A program made the position numbers and the translations under genes. 64,000 bases of DNA from Candidatus Sumerlaeaceae bacterium (GTDB taxonomy: Bacteria > Sumerlaeota > Sumerlaeia > Sumerlaeales > Sumerlaeaceae), in the NCBI GenBank assembly GCA_049968255.1, contig JBMFRB010000004.1, positions 228,986 through 292,985 on the forward strand. Reading direction: 5' to 3'. The notes beneath the pieces were generated by a model. That model saw only the letters and a program-made list of their open reading frames with translations. It ran no database searches and had not been told where the DNA came from. Positions 57,534 to 64,000 of the stretch are shown piece after piece; positions within the stretch are counted from its first letter, which is position 1, and the number at the start of each line of letters is the position of its first letter.

Positions 57534-59423
57534 TCATCGCGGCGGTGGGGACGCGGGCTGGTAGTCAGGCACTAATTCCTTAAGCACCCGGCGAATTCCC
57601 TCGCCGTCGCTGGCCGCAGCCCGCTCTTCTAGCTCTTCCATTTTTCTCCAGAGGAGTTCACAGTCAACGTTTTCGGGTTCGGCCACAAATACCTTACCAA
57701 TCTCTGTGCGTCTGACGTTCTCTGTCGCGGTGAGCAGCTCCTCAGTTAGCTTTTCGCCCGGCCGCAACCCCGTGTAGACAATTTTGATTTCCCCTTTATC
57801 CGGATCGAAACCGCTGAGTTGGATGAGGCGCCGCGCCAGGTCAGCGATTTTCACGGGCTTTCCCATATCCAGGACGTAGAGCTTTGCCTGTTCATCCATT
57901 GAGCCAGCCTTGATGACGAGTGACACGGCCTCCGGTATTGTCATAAAATAGCGTGTGACTTCCGGATGAGTAAGAGTAATCGGCCCACCCTCGGCAATCT
58001 GTCGTTTGAAGAGAGGGATCACACTCCCGCGGCTTCCTAGCACGTTTCCGAAGCGGACCGCAGCAAACAATGTCTTCGAGCGGCGCGCGATGCAAAACAC
58101 CACCATCTCCGCAACTCGCTTGGTTGCACCCATCACGTTTGTCGGCCGCACAGCTTTGTCGGAACTAATGAGAATGAAACGTTTTGCACCATAGCGATCC
58201 GCCAAAAAAGCAACGTTGAACGTGCCAACAACGTTGTTTTTGACGGCTTCATCGGCATCGTATTCCATCAGCGGTACGTGTTTGTGAGCGGCGGCGTGAA
58301 AAATGACAGTAGGCCGAAACTCCTGGAAAACGCGTTCCATCTTGTGCATGTCGCGGATGTCTGCAACAACTGAGGTGATATTGGCGGAATGGAATCGCCG
58401 GCGCAGCTCGTTGGAAATCTCATAAAGAGAGTTTTCGCCGTGCCCTAGAAGGATCAGACGCTGCGGCTTCAGTTCGAGCACCTGCCGACAAAGCTCGCTA
58501 CCAATCGAACCTCCTGCGCCTGTAACAAGCACAATCTCGTCGCGCACGTAGTTTTTTTCAGGGGGCAGTTGCAAATTTATCTCTTCTCGCCCAAGCAAAT
58601 CCTCGATTTCAACCGGTCGGATCCGACGGAGTGACACTTTGCCTTCGAGGATATCATGAACCGTGGGGAGAATCTTGAAGCTTACCGCTGCGTGCTCGCA
58701 CAGCCGCATAATGTCCTGGAGCCGCACCGGCTCGATGCCTGGAATCGCAATGAGCACTTCATCGACGTTGTAGCTGCGTACGACCTTTCCCACATCGGCA
58801 ATTGGTCCAATCACCGGCAAACCATGGATGAGGCGGCCAATTTTTTCGGGGTCATCGTCGAGAAACCCCACAGCTTGGTACAGCGCAGAGTTGCGCATTT
58901 GGCGGGCCATTGTTTCGCCAACATCACCCGCTCCTAAAATCAGCACGCGGCGGACATCCTCAGCCGGCTTTCGTTCTAGAAAACGAACGTGCCAGGTTCT
59001 CTGGATAAATCGGGAACCTCCAACGAGGATCAGCGTGAAGGCCCATTCCATAATGATAATCGGCCATGAAATACGCTGGATGTGGCCCTCATGCGCGTAA
59101 AGCCAGTTTACCGCCGGCAAGAACGGCACAACGATTCCATTGATTAGCGCAATGAGCAATGTTCCAAGCGTCGTCGCCTTGAAAATAGCCATAAAGTCTG
59201 TTGTGCTCGCGTAGCGGGGGATGAGCCGATAGACGTCGAAAACCGCCAGCAGCCCACACCGCAGAGCCACGACAAGGGGAGCGATAACCAGAAACTGATT
59301 AAAGTAGAGTCGGGGAATCGCAAAATTGAAACGAAGAGCAAAGGCAATATAGAGAGAAAGAACGACCAGTAGCGCATCAAGAGCGCCCGATTTTACAGTG
59401 CGCAAGGAGAAAATTTTTTGCAT
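57534..59423 (-). CDS. Membrane-bound UDP-GlcNAc 4,6-dehydratase (PglF/WbpM/CapD family)
   Basis: 4 N-terminal TM helices, ILGAGDVG, TGAGGSIGSEL, HAAAHKHVP, SDKAVRPTNVMGATK, RFGNVLGSRGSV and RPGEKL. Confidence 0.93.
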   Translation of the reverse strand: MQKIFSLRTVKSGALDALLVVLSLYIAFALRFNFAIPRLYFNQFLVIAPLVVALRCGLLAVFDVYRLIPRYASTTDFMAIFKATTLGTLLIALINGIVVPFLPAVNWLYAHEGHIQRISWPIIIMEWAFTLILVGGSRFIQRTWHVRFLERKPAEDVRRVLILGAGDVGETMARQMRNSALYQAVGFLDDDPEKIGRLIHGLPVIGPIADVGKVVRSYNVDEVLIAIPGIEPVRLQDIMRLCEHAAVSFKILPTVHDILEGKVSLRRIRPVEIEDLLGREEINLQLPPEKNYVRDEIVLVTGAGGSIGSELCRQVLELKPQRLILLGHGENSLYEISNELRRRFHSANITSVVADIRDMHKMERVFQEFRPTVIFHAAAHKHVPLMEYDADEAVKNNVVGTFNVAFLADRYGAKRFILISSDKAVRPTNVMGATKRVAEMVVFCIARRSKTLFAAVRFGNVLGSRGSVIPLFKRQIAEGGPITLTHPEVTRYFMTIPEAVSLVIKAGSMDEQAKLYVLDMGKPVKIADLARRLIQLSGFDPDKGEIKIVYTGLRPGEKLTEELLTATENVRRTEIGKVFVAEPENVDCELLWRKMEELEERAAASDGEGIRRVLKELVPDYQPASPPPR

Positions 59424-59505
59424 GTCTTAGGCACTGAACATAGTGGGATGCCGCTGCAACTCGAAAAATCTTTTTCGTGCACTTGCACCCTGAAACCCCG
59501 CCGCG

Positions 59506-61173
59506 CTAGTCGAGGGAATGTTTTCTCGTTGGTGGAGGCAGGTGAGGAATCGGCCGGCGCTTTTGCTTTGGCACTTCGAGGATCACGTAATTTGGCGTTT
59601 CCCCGACCACCAACCAGCCACCTTGTTTGAAACTTTGGACCTGATGAGAGTCGGATTTCGGAAAAATAGCCAAAGAAACCCCGAGAGAGACCACTTTGTC
59701 TTGGCCCTCGGCCAAAGCTTCCTGAAGTAATCTGCCCCGCTCTTCTGGCCAGGGAACGACCATGGTCTCTGGCATGTCGTAGGGGATCTGATCCGTGGCG
59801 GCAGCAAGATAGGCAGAATAATGATAAGCCTGAGAAAGGAACACCTGTTCCTGCTCACGGGAGTTCAACACTTCGCTTACCCGCTGAACCTCAGCAGGGA
59901 CATAACCGGTGGTCACACCACTTGCCAAAAGGCGCAGGAAAAAGAATGTTTGGTCGAGAAGAATTGATCCGAGAAAAAGAATGACTGTCCTTGTTGGACG
60001 GCGCGGGGAAAGCGTTTGAAGCCAGCGGAGGAGGAACGCCACGCTGGCAATTGCAAGATACCCACGATTGAAATGATACGGTTGTGTGGCCTTCTCCCCT
60101 AGAATGATAAACTGACCTAAGAATGCAAGTTGCGTGAGAAACAGCACCGCCATAAGTCGCCACGCGGGTGTTTGCCACACGTGACGCCGACCAGCAGGGA
60201 AAAGCAATGCCCACAGAACAGCCGGTGCAACAGGGGCAAACCAAGCGATCAACTGAGCGAACGTCGGTGGCGGCGCTATTGGCACTTGGTGCATTAAGGA
60301 GAGTTCCCGAAGAACAGGCCACCGGGGCAACAGCAACGCGTAATAACCAATGCCGGCGAGGGCCGTTGCCATCCAGACCATGAAAACCTGCAGTGCCTCA
60401 TATCGCTGCCTGCCTCTCTTCTGAAGAAGCACCTCGGCGGCAAGCCAGACCAGCGCGGGGGCATAAAGCGCAACAGCGGAAAACGGATGGGAGAACCACG
60501 TGAACATTCCAACGAGTGCTGCCAGTTTTTTTCGTCCTGACAGGAGGAAAGCCAATGCTCCCAGAACCAGTGCATGATAAACGGCTTCCAAAGGAGACCA
60601 GATGTTCTGGGCAAGAAATGGAAGCCACCAATAGAGCGGGCCCATGGCACGCTGGACGTATACGTCGAGTTCAGTCAAACCGTACACACCGGCTGTCTGA
60701 AGCGCAATGGCGATTGCCAAAAATGTAAACCAACCGCCACCAAATGCAGCTGCAACGTAGAACCATCGCCTCCAGGTATTGTTTCTAAAAAGCTCAAACC
60801 CTATCACCGCCAGGGCCGCGCCAGTGCCCGCCGCGCCAACAATGCGAAGAATTTCAAAAGCAGCGGCAAACCCCACAAGTTTACTCAACCACCCAACAGC
60901 GGCAAGTGGCAGCTGAACCAAGACGGGCGGAGCGGGCCAAAAAAGCGCAAAAGGATACGCATAGGTGATGCCATTGGCCGACCGCAAGATGGCCCTCGCC
61001 AATGCTGTGTACACCCACTGGTCGAGGCCGAGAGGAGCTCCTGTGAACACAACGGCGCCCCGGGAAATCAAGCGCGGCTGAATCTGCAAAAATGCTGTCA
61101 TCACCGTGGCGAACGCAAAGCCTAGACTTGCACCGGAGAAAAGAAGCCGTTGTCGCGCATGCATCGTAGCCAT
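59506..61173 (-). CDS. Polytopic membrane protein, GT-C-like
   Basis: About 12 TM segments, acidic first-loop motif GLDQWVY, soluble C-terminal tail; start moved to the ATG at 61173. Confidence 0.55.
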   Translation of the reverse strand: MATMHARQRLLFSGASLGFAFATVMTAFLQIQPRLISRGAVVFTGAPLGLDQWVYTALARAILRSANGITYAYPFALFWPAPPVLVQLPLAAVGWLSKLVGFAAAFEILRIVGAAGTGAALAVIGFELFRNNTWRRWFYVAAAFGGGWFTFLAIAIALQTAGVYGLTELDVYVQRAMGPLYWWLPFLAQNIWSPLEAVYHALVLGALAFLLSGRKKLAALVGMFTWFSHPFSAVALYAPALVWLAAEVLLQKRGRQRYEALQVFMVWMATALAGIGYYALLLPRWPVLRELSLMHQVPIAPPPTFAQLIAWFAPVAPAVLWALLFPAGRRHVWQTPAWRLMAVLFLTQLAFLGQFIILGEKATQPYHFNRGYLAIASVAFLLRWLQTLSPRRPTRTVILFLGSILLDQTFFFLRLLASGVTTGYVPAEVQRVSEVLNSREQEQVFLSQAYHYSAYLAAATDQIPYDMPETMVVPWPEERGRLLQEALAEGQDKVVSLGVSLAIFPKSDSHQVQSFKQGGWLVVGETPNYVILEVPKQKRRPIPHLPPPTRKHSLD

Positions 61174-61282
61174 TCCCGCAATCCGTCGCTCCGTGAGCCG
61201 CTCGCCAGCTTGCGCAGTGTTTTGCTTTGCGATAACGCAAACACTTGAAGTTGAGCTGCAGTAGCTGTCACACAAGCATCTC

Positions 61283-62188
61283 ATGCTTGGTTATCTTTTT
61301 GTCATCTTAGCGGCTGTTTTTTGGGGAATTTCTGGCATTCTCGCCAAGAGGATTTTTGTGACCGGACTGGCGACACCGCTCACCATTTCGGAAACGAGAG
61401 TTTTTGTCGGGTGGTTGGCTTTCTTACTTTACGCAATCGCACGTGGAGGGCTAGCGGCACTGCGCGTTCCCCTGAGTGACCTCTGGCGTTTCGCTTTGCT
61501 CGGTGTTATCGGTGTCGCGGGTGCGAACTTCGGCTTGTACTTTGCAATTTCGAAGATGGATGCAGCCCTGGCCGATGTGATTCAGTTTACTGCCCCAGCC
61601 ATGGTCGCCGCATGGATGTGGCTGCGTGGTGAGGAGCAATTCGACGCAAAGAAACTCCTCGCTCTTGTTGCAACCACGCTCGGCGTTGCTTTGGCACTTG
61701 GCTTGGCCACCAAGACCGTGAGGATGTCGCCTCTGGGGACGATCTCAGCTCTCATTTCTGCTCTCTCTTACACGTTTCTCATGGTGTGGGGAAAGCACCT
61801 CAGCATGAAATACGATCGCGTGGTCATCCTTCATTATGCGATGCTCGGTGCGTTTCTGTTCTGGCTCTGCATTCAACCCCCCGCAAAATTGGCTCTCCAG
61901 CTATCCTTTTCCTCGTTTTTCCTTTTGGGAGCCTTTGGTGTCGTCTCGGTCGTGATCCCCTACACATGCTTTTTTCTCGGTCTAAGCCGAGTCCCTGCAA
62001 GCGGAGCAGGAATTGTGAGCACGCTCGAGCCGGTGGTGATTGCGATTGGAGCCCATTTTACTTTAGGCGAGCACCTCACTTTTTCGCAGATCGTTGGCGT
62101 CGCGCTCGTTCTCTGCGGTGTCGGTCTCGTGGAATTCTCACGTAATGCGAGAAATGCTCCCAGCAAGAACCGCGCGGCATACGGCTGA
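61283..62188 (+). CDS. DMT/EamA family transporter
   Basis: 10 TM helices in two EamA repeats; FWGISG, QFTAP and STLEPVV motifs. Confidence 0.92.
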   Translation: MLGYLFVILAAVFWGISGILAKRIFVTGLATPLTISETRVFVGWLAFLLYAIARGGLAALRVPLSDLWRFALLGVIGVAGANFGLYFAISKMDAALADVIQFTAPAMVAAWMWLRGEEQFDAKKLLALVATTLGVALALGLATKTVRMSPLGTISALISALSYTFLMVWGKHLSMKYDRVVILHYAMLGAFLFWLCIQPPAKLALQLSFSSFFLLGAFGVVSVVIPYTCFFLGLSRVPASGAGIVSTLEPVVIAIGAHFTLGEHLTFSQIVGVALVLCGVGLVEFSRNARNAPSKNRAAYG

Positions 62189-62197
62189 GAACAGATC

Positions 62198-62929
62198 TTA
62201 TCGCGCGTTGGCCGGCTTCCCGATTGGCAACACTGCAAGCGGGATCTCGCTTGGCGCAAGCTCAAGGCATTTGCCCACCATAGGGTCATCGAATGCGCCC
62301 ACAATTACCGTGCCCAGCCCTAGCGCCGTGGTCTGCAGATACACGTTCTGTGCTGCGTGTCCGATCTCCATGTGGACGTATTGGATGCCGCGCTTGCCGT
62401 AGCGTTTTGTTGTCCGCTCGAGGACAGCTGCGAGTACGATGCTGGCGGGTGCCTCTCGCACCCACTCTTGGCCAAGGCAAGCGACAGCGAGTACTGCTCG
62501 CCTGTCGCCCCCACAATGCTGACGCAAGCAGTGCCTGCTCGGGTCGTAGTGATAAACGGCAGGAGGCAACCCCTTAACGTGCCCCACAACAAGATACGTT
62601 TCCAGGGGATACGTTGCTCCTGCCGAGGGTGCAGTGCGAAACCCCTCTGGGTTTGTCACTCCTTGCGCAGCCCACAGCAGCTGGCTTATATTCTCCAGCG
62701 TCAGCGCATCAGTCGTGAATTCTCTAATCGAACGGCGCCGATGCAATGCCTCCTCGACACTCATCTCCCCCCTAAGCTTGGGATTTGGAAGTTTGATCAT
62801 TTCCCCTTTCTCACCGTTTCTTTCACCGAGGAAACGTGTTGGTTGCTGTCCGTGCTCGCCAGCAAAACAACTCATGGCAACCAAACAGAGGATCGTCTTA
62901 CAGGATTTTCTAAATTGACGCGTAGCCAT
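62198..62929 (-). CDS. SagB/ThcOx-family nitroreductase-like flavoprotein
   Basis: RRRSIREF, LLWAAQG, RTAPSAGATYPLE, EIGHAAQNVYL and GAFDD; N-terminal extension may be a signal peptide (alternative start 62800). Confidence 0.9.
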   Translation of the reverse strand: MATRQFRKSCKTILCLVAMSCFAGEHGQQPTRFLGERNGEKGEMIKLPNPKLRGEMSVEEALHRRRSIREFTTDALTLENISQLLWAAQGVTNPEGFRTAPSAGATYPLETYLVVGHVKGLPPAVYHYDPSRHCLRQHCGGDRRAVLAVACLGQEWVREAPASIVLAAVLERTTKRYGKRGIQYVHMEIGHAAQNVYLQTTALGLGTVIVGAFDDPMVGKCLELAPSEIPLAVLPIGKPANAR

Positions 62930-62954
62930 TGCCGCAGCCAGGGGGAGACTGTGA

Positions 62955-63890
62955 TCAACTGCGTATTGAAGTCAACGATTTATCAAAAACGACGTATTTG
63001 AAACCCAGCTGAAAGGCTTTTTCGACAATTGGCACATATTCCTCAGCGTAAAGGCGCCGTTGTAGCTGCGGTTCGAGATAAGTGCAATAGGCGGGATGAT
63101 ACTGCGCCATGATATTGACACCCACATCGGTGCCAAGGGTGCTACGCAACCATTCGAGCGATTCGATAGTTCCTGAAAGATTATTCGGAAGAACGAGTAA
63201 GCGCACGAGCACTCCTTGAACAGCAAGTCCACGTTCATCAAGGCGGAGCCCTCCAACCTGCCGATACATTTCAGTGATGGCAGCACGGGCACGCCCAGGG
63301 TAATCTGCAGGCGCGCCGAGACGTTCGGCAACCCTTGAGTTCGCATATTTCAGATCTGGCAAATAGATGTCCACAATGCCGGCGATAGCCTTGAGTGCCT
63401 CCAGGCTGTCGTAGCTGTGCGTGTTGTAGACGAGCGGAAGCCATAAGCCTTGTTCAGTTGCGAGCTGACATGCTTGCACGATTCCATATAGCTGATGGGT
63501 GGGGGAAACACAGTTGATGTTGTGGCATCCCAGAGTCTGAAGTGCCAGCATTGCGGAGGCCACGACGTCGGGAGTTGTTTCGCAGCGTTGCGCGAGGAGG
63601 TGATTTTGACTAATGTCCGCATTTTGGCAATAAATGCAATGCAGATTGCAGTGGCCGAAAAAAAGCGTTCCTGATCCCTGCCAGCCAGATAGGCATGATT
63701 CCTCGCCATGATGCGGTCCATAAGAGACAAGGCTAATGTCTCTTCCGGCGCCGCACTCACCCCGCTCGGTTTGTAATCGCCTTGCACCGCACTCGCGCGG
63801 ACACAAACGGCACGTCTCGGCTAAGGTCTTCAGTATTTCGAGGCGATCTTCCCAACTATTCTTTGAAAGTAAAGTGCGGCGCGGTGTCAT
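62955..63890 (-). CDS. PflX-like radical SAM protein
   Basis: CRLCPREC, HHGEE, GSGTLFF, CNLHCIYCQN, VSPTH, YLPDLKY and MAQYHP motifs. Confidence 0.9.
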   Translation of the reverse strand: MTPRRTLLSKNSWEDRLEILKTLAETCRLCPRECGARRLQTERGECGAGRDISLVSYGPHHGEESCLSGWQGSGTLFFGHCNLHCIYCQNADISQNHLLAQRCETTPDVVASAMLALQTLGCHNINCVSPTHQLYGIVQACQLATEQGLWLPLVYNTHSYDSLEALKAIAGIVDIYLPDLKYANSRVAERLGAPADYPGRARAAITEMYRQVGGLRLDERGLAVQGVLVRLLVLPNNLSGTIESLEWLRSTLGTDVGVNIMAQYHPAYCTYLEPQLQRRLYAEEYVPIVEKAFQLGFKYVVFDKSLTSIRS

Positions 63891-63946
63891 CTTCGCAGGA
63901 CCGCCTCATCGCAGGTTCTCGCGTCGCGTGGCCCATAAAAGGTAAA

Positions 63947-64000
63947 TGGTGGGCGATAGTGGATTCGAACCACTGACCTCCACGATGTCAACGTGGCGCT
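63947..64000 (-). tRNA. tRNA-Val (GAC), 5' part outside window
   Basis: Minus strand ...AGC-G-CCACG TTGACAT CGTGG-AGGTC-AGTGGTTCGAATCCACT-ATCGCCC-ACCA. Confidence 0.92.

Noticed and set aside
62198-63890. SagB/ThcOx plus radical SAM as a RiPP cluster
   Set aside because: No YcaO, precursor peptide or SPASM domain; both genes belong to widespread stand-alone families

Overview
This is a gene-dense bacterial core-chromosome segment of moderately high GC, with about 48 CDS and 6 tRNA genes (Phe-GAA, Arg-TCG, Thr-CGT, Arg-CCG, Ala-CGC and a partial Val-GAC). I found no integrase, transposase, prophage or CRISPR array. Housekeeping and metabolic genes are nuoD, rsmG, dnaE, dnaB, lon/hsp20, secG, icd, trpA, nfnAB, ahbAB, mqnE, prfA, nadA, an RluD-type synthase, and GH57 and GH13 glucan enzymes; many are dispersed rather than in canonical operons. 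The gene set and C-terminal peptide motifs suggest Candidatus Sumerlaeota (BRC1), but this is my unverified inference. The most notable locus is a tandem pair of secreted endonuclease-I paralogs (nuclease domain, three 159-aa repeats, lamin-tail-like domain). They are colinear until the last ~12 residues, where they carry two different tails (ASVEGWRRY vs LPTVLSAFSVE), which are candidate interchangeable C-terminal sorting signals. Also noted: a signal-peptidase-I-like protein lacking its catalytic Ser/Lys, a possible degenerate CDP-alcohol transferase, an uncommon tRNA-Arg(UCG), a stand-alone alarmone hydrolase coupled to an unknown membrane protein, and several GT-C-like membrane proteins near a PglF-type dehydratase and an orphan ketosynthase. 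Where I moved a start codon relative to the ORF track, this is stated.
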